DNA of 64,000 bases from the human T2T-CHM13v2.0 reference genome, Homo sapiens. Below, piece by piece: positions 15,220 through 28,881 of the stretch. The stretch lies in assembly GCF_009914755.1 (NCBI RefSeq), contig NC_060941.1; one strand, 5' to 3'. Positions within the stretch are counted from its first letter, which is position 1, and each line of letters starts with the position of its first letter. Below the pieces are notes generated by a model, which made no database searches, had not been told where the DNA came from, and saw only the letters and a list, made by a program, of their open reading frames with translations. The position numbers were made by a program, and so were the translations under genes.

Positions 15220-15767
15220 GGCTGCCCACCCCCGGCAGAACCTCGAAGTGCCAAGGTGGGGAAGATGGTAGCCCAGAGTCTCTGAGCAGATGCCTCATTC
15301 TGAGGTGCCGAGACCAGCCTGAGGCTCTCAAGGCCTCCTGCTCCCCAGAGCCTCACTGAAGGGGAAGGCACTGCCTAGAGCCAGAGGCCAACAGCAGGGG
15401 CCTGGACACTGAGCTTCTGATGCCCACGGCCAGGCCTGGGCACATGCCTGCCCCCTGCCTTCCCACCACGATCCGCAAGCCAAGGGTGCACCCCAGGAGG
15501 CTGGCAGGGGCCCCCTCACGGCTACTCTGTGGGAGGGTCAGACCTACATGACCGAGTCTGGGGAGCTTGGCGAGGGGCACCCCTCTCCAGCCAGGACTCA
15601 GGGGTCTGCCCCCTGCTGCGAGAAGAGCACCTGGTCCAAGTGTGGCTCTGGACATCCTCAGAGCTCAGAGCTCCGAGCTAGGAGGCCAGCTCCTCTCCCC
15701 ACACACCTGTCTCCTAATGAGCTCATTCATTGGCTGCCAGGCAGGGTTCAACAGCTCTCTCCTGCCG

Positions 15768-15773
15768 CATAAA
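15768..15773 (+). terminator. OTOP3: Probable non-canonical polyadenylation signal (CATAAA) of OTOP3
   Basis: Only PAS-like hexamer I found after the stop; followed by U/GU-rich sequence (tatttgtttgatgg). Confidence 0.55.
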
Positions 15774-16559
15774 CCCTATTTGTTTGATGGATTGCATTCA
15801 GGCTCATGGCATTTGTTCCCAGGGACAGAACTGCTCCTCCGGACATGGTGGGAAGGAATGGTCCTTTTGAGTAGGGCTGTGGGGCTGGGACAGTCCTGCT
15901 TCTGGGCCAGGAGGGGTCTAACCCAGTTCTTCCTTGGTCTGATCCGGGGGAAGAGGTGGGAGAGACAAGTCCGGGCTCGTGTCTCTCCACCCCCACCCCT
16001 CCCCAGCACACCCTCTCTCTAGGACAGAGCCCCCGGTGACATTCTGCAGCGGGCTCACCATGCAGGCTGTGGCCCCTGGCTGCCGGTCCCAGGCCTGGCT
16101 CATCTCCTGAGCCATCAGGTAGGGCAGGAACGGAAGAGAAAGGGCAGGTGTGGCAGGCCATCCGTCTCCCTGAGCCCAGTGCAAACAGTGGGCTCTGCCT
16201 GGGACGAGGCCAGAGAGGGCAGCCCTGGCCCTGCAGGTGAGGCTCTGCCCTCCTCCTCACCCACCCCCACCGAAGTGAGTCACTAGCAAGCATAGCCCTC
16301 CCAGCGCTGTCTCAGTGGCTGCCTGGGGAGGCCCCATGGCCTCTCCTGTGGGCTCTTTCTCTGGGCAGCAACAGCCCAGGGGCCCAAACCCTAGGTGACA
16401 GGGTCTGATCCTGCTTTCCCACCCAAGAAAATAACAAATGCTGGTTCCCAGTCATGCACTGGGGGCCCTCTGGGGTGCAGAGTCCCCAGCTCCCCTGAAG
16501 ACAAGAGCCACACCTGGCCCCTCGCCTCAACCACAGAGTCAGAATGTGGAGCAGGAGGT

Positions 16560-16565
16560 TTTATT
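16560..16565 (-). terminator. HID1: HID1 polyadenylation signal AATAAA
   Basis: tttatt on + strand about 810 nt downstream of the HID1 stop; on the - strand TGTA-independent GU-rich sequence (tctgtggttg) follows. Confidence 0.8.
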
Positions 16566-17374
16566 GTAAAGAGGCCGATTGTACAGAGCAAAGATTGTTC
16601 TGACACGGGGGGCTGGGTGGTGGGACCCAGAGGCCAGAGCTGGGTGAAGGATGAGGGGTGGCATCGCCCCATCCAGGCAGTGGGCAGGGCAGGGAGGACT
16701 AAACGGCTGCCTCCCAGTTCCCTTCCCTGCCCCTCATTACTGGGTAAGAGGGAGCCAGGCTATTTCCATGGATCCAGGAGAATATAGCAGGAGACCCTCA
16801 CCACCCCACACCATGCCCCAAGGATACGGGAGGTGCCCCAGTCTGGCTTTTGCAGTCGGCCAGCTCCCAGCCTCCTCGAGGAGCAGCCTGGCCACACCTT
16901 TTTCCCCTGGAGCCTGGAACAGCTGGCTTTGGGTTAGGAGGCTGGAAGCACCCCCTTACCCTGTCCAGGCACCTCAAGGGACAGCCCGTGGTTCCCTGGT
17001 CAAACCCCTTAGGGCACAGTGACCCATTTTGGCTTCTGCCTCTGGGGCTGGGTAGCACAGGAGTGGGTGGGCACTGAGGGGCCAGCACTGAGCCAGGTCT
17101 TAAAGAGGGAGTCCGAGTGTTGGGGGCAGTGGTCTCTGGTGGGGGCATAGCCCCAGAGATGGGGCTCCTGTGAGTCCAGCCTAGGGGTTGAGGGGGATCT
17201 GAGCCAGTTCACATTGTCCTGGCCACAGGGGTCTCTAGGGCATGACACTCAGGGCCACTCTGCCTGTTCCAGGCCCTGATCGTGGTAATTTAAAGCTCAG
17301 AATGGTGGATGGGGGAAGCCTCAGGGACCAAGGCCCTGCCTTCCCCTAGACTGAGCCCCTCGTCGGCTTCATCC

Positions 17375-17438
17375 TCACACCCGCTGTATCTCAAACAGCT
17401 TCACGTCGGTGTCGTACCAGACAGGGGGGTCCACATTC
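17375..17438 (-). CDS. HID1: HID1 exon 19 coding part with stop
   Basis: ccacag|G AAT GTG GAC ... CGG GTG TGA; NVDPPVWYDTDVKLFEIQRV; all 19 exons sum to 2367 nt = 788 aa + stop. Confidence 0.95.
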
Positions 17439-17709
17439 CTGTGGAGGAAATGGGGGGTTACCCAGGTGCTGGGGCACCTTGCAGACAAGGCACCAGGAGG
17501 AGCTGGGCAGCAGGAATGGCCAAGCCAACCCTTTCCATCCCGATGTCCCACCCTGGGCAGCGGGTGCCACCGTCAACCAGGCAAGGCCGCCTTAGTTGAC
17601 TGTCTTGACATGAAGTCCACCATAGGTGGTGGGGCCCAGAGCTGAGGTCCCTGTTGAGCCCTGCTGGGCAGGCTCTCAGGTGGACACCACCCCACTCCCC
17701 GGGGCCCAC

Positions 17710-17868
17710 CTCAGATAGATGACGCCCCACATGTAGGTGCGGAACCACATGGCAGTGCCCGAGTTGGCCTGGTACTTGCGGATGAGGATGGGGTGGGGCA
17801 CGGGCAGCAGCCCCACCAGGGTGCCATGCTGCAGGAACCGCAGGATCTCAGACTCATCCGTCAGGCCC
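17710..17868 (-). CDS. HID1: HID1 exon 18
   Basis: GLTDESEILRFLQHGTLVGLLPVPHPILIRKYQ...; AG/GT boundaries, phases 2/2. Confidence 0.95.
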
Positions 17869-18073
17869 CTGCGGGGAGAGGGGTATCTCCAGCACACTCA
17901 CGTGGTCCAGGGGAGCACGGGGCTCACCCTGGCCACCCAAGACCCATGTTTCCCATCACACGCCTACCTAAGCCTAGGCTGGCCCCGCCCAGAGCCCACC
18001 TGCCCACACCACCGGCCCCGCCCACAACCCCGGCCCCGCCCACAACCCCCGGCCCTGCCGGCGCCCGACTCAC

Positions 18074-18165
18074 TTGTCGATGCAGATCTTCTCCACCTGC
18101 GGAACCAGCACCTGCAGCAGCCTCATGATGGTCTGCAGCGGCAGCTTCGACTTCCAGGAGAGGAC
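18074..18165 (-). CDS. HID1: HID1 exon 17
   Basis: VLSWKSKLPLQTIMRLLQVLVPQVEKICID; donor AA|gtgagt. Confidence 0.95.
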
Positions 18166-18810
18166 CTGGCGAGGGACGGGGTTCCTGGGGCTGAGAAAGC
18201 AGCCCCCGGAGGCTGCGGGGCAAGCCTGACCCTGACCCAGAACCACAGGCTCCCCAAGGCAGAAAGTACCCCTGCTCCTTGCAGCATGAGCCTGGCACCA
18301 AGCAGGACCCGGGAAGAGTTAATCCTTATTGATGGCAAGCGCCATGGCCCCGCGTTAAGCCAGAGCTGTGCCACGTGCCTCTCGGGAGACTGTGGCCTTT
18401 AGCCCTCACAACAGCGTGGTCAGGCAGGGACGGTAATTATCCCTGTCCCAGCGCAACTGGCGTGATCTCAGGAGACACAGGGCGTGGGGATGAGATTCAG
18501 GGGAGGAAGTCGGAAAGAGTGATTTATTAAGGAAGAGAGCACTGTGGGCACCTGGAGCTTAATCCTGCTGGGGACTCTGGCAACAGTGTAGACAGAGGAA
18601 GCAACCGAGCCAGAGAGGCTGAACACATGGGATGTCACCAGCCGGAAGGACCGACCCAGAGTCAGGCTTCTATGCTAGGGTCCTTTGATTCGGACATCTT
18701 GCCATCTTCACTGAGCTTCCCTGGGCCAAGGAGCCCCAACCCAGCTCCCGCCTCAGTACCATCTGCCCAAACCCCAGCCCCCGCTCGCCTGGCACAGGGT
18801 CCCTCCTCAC

Positions 18811-18891
18811 CCACTCTGGCGTTGGGCTCCACTGCCCACTGGCTGATGAGGTGGATGGTCGCCGCTGCTCCCTCCATGCCTGGCTGGGCTC
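18811..18891 (-). CDS. HID1: HID1 exon 16
   Basis: EPSQAWREQRRPSTSSASGQWSPTPEW; 81 nt, phase 0/0. Confidence 0.9.
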
Positions 18892-19349
18892 CTGGCCCCC
18901 AGAAAGGAACAGGGGTGAGGGATGGTGGCGGTGGGTGAGGGGTGGAGTGGGGGGCAATGAGCCCTCTCCACTGGCAGCTGGAAATCCCACAAAGGGGAAG
19001 GCCCAGCCCAGCAGCCTTTGCCCCAGGCCCTAGGCCCAGCCCAACCTAGTGACAGGTTTAAGGCCAGCAGCTGACAGGGCAGGCCGGGTAAAGGCCAGCT
19101 CAGATAAGGCGGAGGGATGAGAAGTCTGAAGGCCAAGGGCTTCACCGGAACCAGTAAACAAGGGAGGGGTCTGTGAAAGGCCCCCACCCCCAAGGGAGTC
19201 AGCAGCGCTGACCCTAATGCCCTGGGCACTGGGTAACTGCCCCTCTGCTGCAGGTGACCCCAGAGTGCCCCGGCCCAGCCCCTACTGCAGAGACCAGGGA
19301 GGAAGGGAAGGGCCAGCCACGCCCGGCTCCAGGAGTCCCCGTCACCCAC

Positions 19350-19456
19350 CCCCTTAGCCGGGCTGCCATCCTCCAAGCTCTGCTGGGGCTCAGGTTCCAG
19401 GGACCGCAAGGTGCCATCCTCTGACACCTGGGACTTCTCGGTCAGCTTGTCAATGC
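19350..19456 (-). CDS. HID1: HID1 exon 15
   Basis: IDKLTEKSQVSEDG...SPAKG; donor GGG|gtgggt. Confidence 0.9.
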
Positions 19457-19612
19457 CTGGGCAGGGCACAGGTGGGAGTGAGGACTCCCTGCCACAGTGA
19501 CCCTTCTAGCCCTTCCTCCACCCACTTTTTTATTTTTATTTGTTTTACTCCTGCTTCCCTCTGGAACCTCCACCGGCTCTAGAGGCAGTGTCTGATCACT
19601 GTAACGCCCTCT

Positions 19613-19807
19613 CCTGCGCCCATCCCTCCAGAGTCTACACTCGCCCTGAGGCTCTGCCCCCAACACCAAGCTACACATGCTAAGCCCATCCAGTACCCTC
19701 CCCCATCCCTGTGCCCATCCCTCCAGAGTCTACACTCGCCCTGAGGCTTTGCCCCCAACACCAAGCTACATATGCTAAGCCCATCCAGTACCCTCCCCCC
19801 ATCCCTG
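19613..19807. repeat. 95-bp tandem duplication (2 copies) in HID1 intron 14
   Basis: catccctccagagtctacactcgcc at 19621 and 19716. Confidence 0.92.
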
Positions 19808-19942
19808 TTGCCCAGCCCCATCCCCTCGGCTTCCATACATAAGCCATGCTCTTTGCCAGAGATGGGGGTGACACCCCGAGACCATGTCCCTCCCCCAGCC
19901 ACACCAGTATCCACACTCCTGTCCCATCCACTAGCACCAGAC

Positions 19943-20170
19943 CTGGAGTAGCCACCAGACTGGTCTTGAGGGTGCCTGGCTCTGCAGGGGCAGCGGGGCG
20001 GGAGCCCTCCATGGAGGTGCCCTCCTGGGAGCCGGTGCGAGACAAGGGCTCAGGTGTCCGCCGGCGCCGCTGCAGGGCCTTGTGAATGGTGGGCGGGTCC
20101 GTGGGCAGGTTGGCCAGCTGGTGGAAGATGCTGCGCTTGCGGATGATGGCGTAGACCAGGTTGGAGTTGC
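19943..20170 (-). CDS. HID1: HID1 exon 14
   Basis: NSNLVYAIIRKRSIFHQLANLP...LVATP; phases 1/1. Confidence 0.94.
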
Positions 20171-21142
20171 CTGTGGGCAGGGAGCATGCCTCGCCTCAGG
20201 GAGGCCCCCTCCAGCTCCCCCCGTCCAATCTGGGTGGGCTTCCTGGAAGGGGGAGTTTGGAGGACAGGAGGGTGTCTGCCCAAGGGGTTGGAGATGGTAC
20301 AGGGAGCCCAAGAGAGGGTGCTGGGGCAGGGCTGGCACTGGCTGTGTGTGCCCACTATGGCTATCCCAGAATGTCAGGCCTGAGCACCTCACAACACCCC
20401 CGCCCCAGTGCCTTTGAGTTCCCGCCACAACCCAGCACTAAACAGCTAACACCTGGCAAAAAGTACAGGCCCCAGCATGGCAGCATCCACGTCAGGCCAG
20501 CTGTTAAATATTCTGACTCTCTTCCCCCCTCCCCTTGAGCAAGGTGGCCAGGAGAAGTCACAGAGGATCCGTCCATCCCCCAGTGCTGACTTCTCCTGGC
20601 TCTCAGGCCCCAGTCCCCATCTCTGGTCCTGCCTTACGCCATACTCTTCACTTTCAGTTCCACATCCCACCCCAGGGCCTTTGCATGTGCTGTCTCTTGC
20701 CCCACCTTACCCCTATTTCTCCCTCAGAGATCACTGCAAATTTGCCCGACTTTGGAAATAGCAATAATAGAAACTGATCATTTTTAAGTTGCCAGGCACT
20801 GTGCTAAGTGCCTTCTGGGGGTTATTTTGCCCCATCTTCCCAACACCTTCTGAGACCAGGACCCTTAGAACCATTGTTATGAGCACCTTACAGATGAGGG
20901 AACTGAGGATCAGAGAGGTCAAGTGACGTGCCCTGGTCACAGGGCTAACGAGTGGCAAGGCTTGAAGTGACAGCAGGCAGCCGGATGTCTGTGACACTGG
21001 GCAGACGGGCTGCTAAGATACCCATCAGGGACTTACTACTCTGTACTTCCCTTTTATCACATTTCAGGCCAGATGTGGCGGCTCATGCCTGTTATCCCAG
21101 CAGTTTGGGAGGCCGAGGCAGGCAGATTGCTTGTCTCTATTA

Positions 21143-21330
<188 letters not shown>

Positions 21331-21594
21331 TCATCTGTTTGAAGCCTCCTTCCCTGCCTCCATCCCCAGCTATGAGCTCCACAGGGCAAGAAGCAAAGCT
21401 TTGTTCCCCACTGCATCCCCTGCACCCAGGTACACTGTAGATGCTCAATAAATGTACACTGAATGAATGAACTGGGGGCAGAAGGCAAGCAGGCCAGCAC
21501 CTCCCAGAGGCCACCTCCTGGGCTGTGCCCTCCTTATGTAGGAAGTAGGCCCACTGGCCACCCTGACCACCAGGGCCTCAGGCTGGTGCCTCAC

Positions 21595-21759
21595 CATCAA
21601 ACTGGTACTGGATGATGTTGTTGAAGACCTCCAGGAGGAAGAAGACCAGGTGGTGGTTCTGGGCGGCAGAGAAGAGGAACCAGGTGGTGGAGAAGGCCTC
21701 CAGCAGGTGCAGCAACTTGTTGGCGGTCACCATGGACAGGCTCTTGAGGTAGGGGGACA
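21595..21759 (-). CDS. HID1: HID1 exon 13
   Basis: SPYLKSLSMVTANKLLHLLEAF...QYQFD. Confidence 0.95.
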
Positions 21760-22749
21760 CTGTAAGGGAGGGGTCAGCTCACTCCTGGGCCCCTCAGCCA
21801 AGCCATCCCTGCACATCCTGGGCCGGGGTGGAACAACAGGCTCCTGCTCTCAATCCCTCCCTGCCCCCTGCAGAGCCAGGACGACCAAGGCCCTAAGAGG
21901 CTGAGTCCACACTGGCCATACTGTGTGCAGAGTCCTGGGAGGCAGTTAGGCCCCACCCTCACCCCTCGACCATGAAGACAGCTGTCCTGCTTATAAAGCC
22001 ATACACATCCCACCCATGCCAGTCCCCCCCATACCACGAGGGAGGCAGGACACAGACAAGATCATCCCCATTTTACAGACATGGAAACTGAGGCTCAGAG
22101 AAGGTTGTAAACTTGGCCCAAGTTCCCCAGTAATGAAATGATCGGGCAGGGATACAAACTCAAGACTTTAAATCTTTCTAGAACGTCAAGCTGCCATGTC
22201 ACTAGAGGTGTATTTTGGGACCCAACCCTGGGGGCACACCCAGACTGAAGTTCCATGCTGATCTGAACACTTCCTTGTCTTGTGTCATTTTCCCTCACTA
22301 GGCTGAGGGCTCCACAGGGCAGGGACCAGGGCTGTCTTGGTCACAAGTGTGTTCTCGGAACCAGCTCAGTTAAGATTTGTGAGATGGAGCCAGAGAGTGA
22401 ACCAGGAGGGGAAGGGACAGTCCTGACCCCAAAGCTCACAGCCCAGCTAGAGGCCTCTACCACCGCACACTACCCACCCTGCAGTCTAAACCAGACCACA
22501 GACAGACCAGCCACCCCTAGCCACAACCATTCTCTCCAAAAGATGTTCACACTGAAGGCATTTTGCCCCAGCCCATGGCCACCTGCCTTGCTAGGTCCTG
22601 AACCCCAGGGAGCCTGGCTCCTTCTGCTTCCTCTCCCCAGCAGCTGTGTGCAGTCCTTGCTGGGTGGGGGTAGGGGCTGGACAGGGAGGACAAAGGCAGA
22701 AAGGGTGGGGCCTCCACATCCCCATACACTGTGACTCCAAATGTCCAAA

Positions 22750-23830
<1,081 letters not shown>

Positions 23831-23941
23831 CGTTCTTTCTGTGGGCTGGAGGGGCTTGAAACCTGGAGCAAGTGGCAGGTTGGCCTGTGGCCTGACACCA
23901 CCTGGTGGTGAGCGCGGGGAGTGCAAGCTCCGGGCCCCTAC

Positions 23942-24020
23942 CGTTGACCACGATGGTGAGCAGGCAGTCGAAGAGGGGCTGCAACCGCTGGTGCCCGCTG
24001 GTGATGATCTTGTGGAACAC
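23942..24020 (-). CDS. HID1: HID1 exon 12
   Basis: VFHKIITSGHQRLQPLFDCLLTIVVN. Confidence 0.94.
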
Positions 24021-24127
24021 CTGTGCCAGGAGGGACAGAGGCACCGTGGGGTCCCCGCTGCCTCCAGACTCAGCCAAGAGGACACCACCCCTGCACCTCC
24101 TGGGCCCGGCCGCACGAGCCCCCTCAC

Positions 24128-24279
24128 CACAATGAGCAGGTCGGCGTGGGTCCCTGTGAAGACTGGGATGTCCATGGGCACGCGGATTGAGTAGGGTTTG
24201 TTCAGCCGCACCCCGAAGTTCCGCTCCCCGCTCAGAAGCAGCAAGATGAAGACACCAATGTGCATCAGGCCCACCCGAG
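24128..24279 (-). CDS. HID1: HID1 exon 11
   Basis: RVGLMHIGVFILLLLSGERNFGVRLNKPY...ADLLIV. Confidence 0.95.
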
Positions 24280-24473
24280 CTGCGGCAGGTGGCGTGGGAG
24301 GGGTCACTCGGGTGGGAGGGGGAAGGAGGGGCCCAGGCAGTGACCATTTTGGAGGCCTCCCTCCTAGGAGGTCAGAGTGCCAGGCCTGAGCTCCTGGGAG
24401 TCAGGGCAGATAGCCAGCCCTCCACCTCGCCGCCAGGAAAGCCCCCAGCATCCCACCCCCACCCTGGTCTTAC

Positions 24474-24564
24474 ACTGATCGGCCCGGGCATCGTTGAGGA
24501 AGAAGAGGATGGGGACAAGGATGTCTAGGACGTCGCTGCTCTTCAGCACGAAGAAGAGGAATTT
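24474..24564 (-). CDS. HID1: HID1 exon 10
   Basis: KFLFFVLKSSDVLDILVPILFFLNDARADQ; donor T|gtaaga. Confidence 0.94.
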
Positions 24565-24711
24565 CTAGGGGTGCGGGGAGGGGCCAAGTGGGCTGAGTTC
24601 AAGGGAGGGGCAGCTCTGCCCCACCCCCCTCAGTCTGACACTGTCCCTGCCCCCGGGTTATTGGGGCAGCTGCTCTCCATCTCCCTGCAGGGCCCCTCGA
24701 GGCTGGCCCAC

Positions 24712-24852
24712 CTTGTTGAAGTCGCAGAGCTTCCAGAAGAGAACTAGCAGCTCCTGGTGGAACTGGATCTTCTTGGTGGAGTTAGGCAGGTAGGTCTGGA
24801 GCAGGGGGTTGGACAGCAGCCGGGCTATACCCTTGAGGATGAACTGGAAGTC
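24712..24852 (-). CDS. HID1: HID1 exon 9
   Basis: DFQFILKGIARLLSNPLLQTYLPNS...CDFNK. Confidence 0.95.
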
Positions 24853-25681
24853 CTGGGGGCGAGGGCAGAGCAGGGGGCCTGTCCAGCCCAATCCCTGCAG
24901 CTCCAGTTTCCCAGCCCAGGCCCCCAACAAATGCCCCCCTCCATCCCCCAGAGCCAGATCCCACCTCCAGAGCCAGAGGGCCCAGATGCTATCACCCATA
25001 GCTGTCCTGGGGCGAAGCCTCAGGAAGCGGAGTCCCTCATAGCTGTGGACAGCCCTGGCCCCTCCACTAGACTGCAGACTCTCTGTCCTTGGGCTGTGCG
25101 CCCCTTGAGCAAGGCTGCTGCTCTCAGTGAACTCCCACACATGCACACCCTCAACCTTGTCCCTGCCCACCTTGGACTCATGGTTGGCAGGTTCCATCCT
25201 TCTACCCCTCCCCAAAATACTCCCCCATCACCCCATCACAACTCGAGGAGCATTCCACTGTTCTGTCATTTACTGAGGCCTGCCACTAGCTGGGGTGAGA
25301 AGGCAGCTAGGGTCCTGTGTTTTAGCTGCAGAAGTTAGAACTCTGGGAGTTCAAGCACCTTCCCACCAAGATCACAAGACACATGAACTGGGACTGCTTG
25401 GCCTGAAGCCCTTGTCCACTGTCATTCCCCTTTTGTCCCCACCACCTCTGAAATGACATCAGCCACCTCCTCCTAGAGGCCTTCCCAGTTACCTCTACCC
25501 AGGTGAGGCCATCAGCCCTTCCTGCATCTTGAAACCCTCACAGTCCTGCCACTATTTCACCTAGGGTGGCCCCAGCCCACAGAGAGCATGGTTCCTTCAT
25601 GGAGGGGTCAGGATCCCCCATATCCCTGTCTCACTTGCATCCCCCTGCACCCTGCAAAGCCACTGTGGGGACTGGACTTGC

Positions 25682-25738
25682 CTCCTCACGATGGATGCGG
25701 GACAGGTAGTTCACAAACAGGTTCTCAGGGCCTGGAGG
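25682..25738 (-). CDS. HID1: HID1 exon 8 (followed by a GC-AG intron)
   Basis: PPGPENLFVNYLSRIHREE; donor GAG|gcaagt. Confidence 0.9.
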
Positions 25739-25826
25739 CTGCCAAGAGGAGAAGCCCCTGGTGAGCAGGCGTCCTCCCCACAACCCGTGGCCCCGGCAGC
25801 TGTCCCTTCCATGCTCCCATCCTTAC

Positions 25827-26049
25827 ATCGGCATCATCCATGGCGGTGCCAGTGGTGGTGCCGTCCACAGTGGGGCTGGCACTGCTGGCACTGTCGTGGT
25901 CCAAAGTGACAATGAGCACCTGGGCAGCCTCCTCCACCAGGGGTTCCCGGTAGTCAGAGAAGAGCAGGTGGTTGTAGGGGATCCCGTAGCCCACAGGGTC
26001 ATAGGCACACACGGTGTTGAGGAGGGAGGTGAAGAGGGGCAGGGCATGT
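25827..26049 (-). CDS. HID1: HID1 exon 7
   Basis: HALPLFTSLLNTVCAYDPVGYGIPYNHLLF...MDDAD; donor GAT|gtaagg. Confidence 0.95.
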
Positions 26050-26849
26050 CTGCAGCAGGAGAGGGACAAGGCTGCAGAGGCTGCACTGGGGCCCAGCCCC
26101 CTGGACACACCTCTCTGGCCACGTGGGAAGGTCAGCCTCATTCAACAAGCATTTTAGCACCACGTCAGGGAGTGGCTTGGAAAGAGTGGGTGTGGGAAGC
26201 CCAGAGCCATGATTAGGACACATTCATACCCCTTAGGGTCTTAAGGGGCAGATACCCTCCCTTGGGTCCTCAGAGATGGGAATGGAGGCCTGTGGAGAAG
26301 GTGGGCTTCCCCTCAGGGAGCAGAGCCCACGCTCAGCCAACCAGCTCCCAAGCCACAGAATGACTCCACTCAGACTCAAGAGATGTCAGGGTTCAAGCTG
26401 CTCAGCTTACAGATGAGGAAGCTGAGACCCAGAGAGGTTAAGTGAGGGACAAAGGGTGGCAGTTTGCCTGATAAGGCTGGTGAGAAAGAAAACTCTGGCC
26501 AGCCTCGGACTGTGGCTGGTGGAGGGGGTCGCCTGGCTCCCTTCTCTTCTGGAGTAGGGTGGAAGGTTGAACAGAAGGCTAGGAAACCTGAAGAATAAGG
26601 CGTGTCATGTAGGGACCAGAGTCTGGAAGGCGGAGGTCGACCGCCACCTGCCGGGCACAGACCCTATGCAGCCAACACAGCTCCCAGTGGGAGCTACCTG
26701 CTCAAATACTCATCTCTGCCACGTGGCACGTGTGACACCCTCCCCCCACCCCGTGCTCACGTGTCCCCCACAGTCCATGAGTGCCCCATGTGGGCTGGGC
26801 CTCCCTGCCCTTCGAGGTATTTGTCACACACTCCCCGACCCGGTCTCTA

Positions 26850-27445
<596 letters not shown>

Positions 27446-27559
27446 TTGATGGAGGACCCAGGGACGGATTACTGAGGGGCCCCCAGATTCTGTCCTGTCG
27501 AGGACTCCAAGGAGAGACGGGGCTAGTGTGAGGTGTGGCTGGTAAGTTAAAGTTCATCA

Positions 27560-27574
27560 CCACCAGGGGGCAGC
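27560..27574 (+). promoter_or_regulatory. Consensus CTCF core motif in HID1 intron 6
   Basis: CCACCAGGGGGCAGC matches CCASYAGRKGGCRS. Confidence 0.6.
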
Positions 27575-27672
27575 ACCTCCCCTCAAACGAGACCCAGAGC
27601 TGGCGAATGGACTCAGCTCTGGATTGCCTGGAATAAGAGGGAAGAGAGCGCAGAAAGGCCAAGGGCCCTCAC

Positions 27673-27789
27673 CTGTTCTCCGTGGAACAAAAGAACTGAA
27701 CCCATGGGTTGGTGCTGCCACTTTCCGGAGCTGGGGGCAGGTACATGGCCTCGGAGAAGCATGTCAGCAGCAGTTTCAGCAGCTCCATC
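27673..27789 (-). CDS. HID1: HID1 exon 6
   Basis: MELLKLLLTCFSEAMYLPP...CSTEN; uncommon AAG acceptor after a long pyrimidine tract. Confidence 0.92.
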
Positions 27790-28033
27790 CTTGTAGGAGG
27801 AAGGGGGAGGGCACCTTAGGATCCCAGTCCCCTCTTGGAGGTTCTGCCCACCCAGCCCAGCGCCCCAGCCCAGGTCCATGGAAGGAAGTTACTCCCGTTG
27901 ACCCCTGTAAGGTCAAGGTCGGGTCATAGGTGAGGACGGTCTTCTGGGAAGACCCCATGGGCTTTCTGAGCTGTGCGGGGGCCCGGCCCGGGGTCCAGCT
28001 GCATTGAGGGCTCCGGGCCTGGGCGAAGCTCAC

Positions 28034-28140
28034 CGGTTCATATCGTGGATGTAGTTAGGCTGGGGGGAGTGAGCGAAGCCCACACCAGCCTCCCAGATGT
28101 ATTCACAGCTGTCCAGGGAGTGGACGTCCTCTGCCGAGTC
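28034..28140 (-). CDS. HID1: HID1 exon 5
   Basis: DSAEDVHSLDSCEYIWEAGVGFAHS...DMN; donor CG|gtgagc. Confidence 0.93.
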
Positions 28141-28764
28141 CTGGGGACAGGCCAGGAAGAAGCCGGGTTAGGGGGTCGAGAGGTGAACAGCAGCCTGGGT
28201 CAGAACCTGGCCACCTCGAGCCTCACACAGTCCCAGGGGCAGAGACCGCCAGTTCTCCTAAAGACAGGTCCTCAAAATGGCCTGGCCCTCATGCACAAGA
28301 GCAGGAGTGAATATTCTTAGGCCTCTTGAAAGCTCATTTTTCTTCCATCTCAGACTGGTTCTTTCACTTGCTCAGTCCAGTTTGGGACAGGGAGAAAGGG
28401 AGGGAGGGGCAGGGGATTGGGTGCCCCGGGTTTGGGGGTGGGCAGAGAAGACTCAAGGTGAAGTCCATGCCACCACAGGAAGCAAGAGGGCCAGCCCTCC
28501 TGTGTCTGAGCCCCACACCCCTGGGCAAGCAAAGACAATGGGTGTCTGTGCCCAGCCATCCGAACGCAGCGGGCAGGGCCAGCCCCAGCTGGCTTCCCTC
28601 AGCTGTACCAGCTGCCACCCAGGCCTACATGTGCCAGGCAGCTCAGCTCTCCTGGAGCCCCCCGGCCCCCAGTGCAATCCGCCCAAGGGAACTTCAACTG
28701 GCCCGGCCCCAACCCAGGACCAGAGCCTACTCCGCCTGGGGGTGGGGGGCTGGGGGACACTCAC

Positions 28765-28881
28765 CACAGTGCTCCTCCGGTGGCTCTGAACCGTGAAGTC
28801 CGGGCAGAAGAGCAGGTCAGCAATGGCCAGGAGCAGGGACTCGGCCAGGGGCCTGGCATGCTCATCATCCTCTTCTCCCTG
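28765..28881 (-). CDS. HID1: HID1 exon 4 (CAGCAG tandem acceptor)
   Basis: QGEEDDEHARPLAESLLLAIADLLFCPDFTV...STV. Confidence 0.93.
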
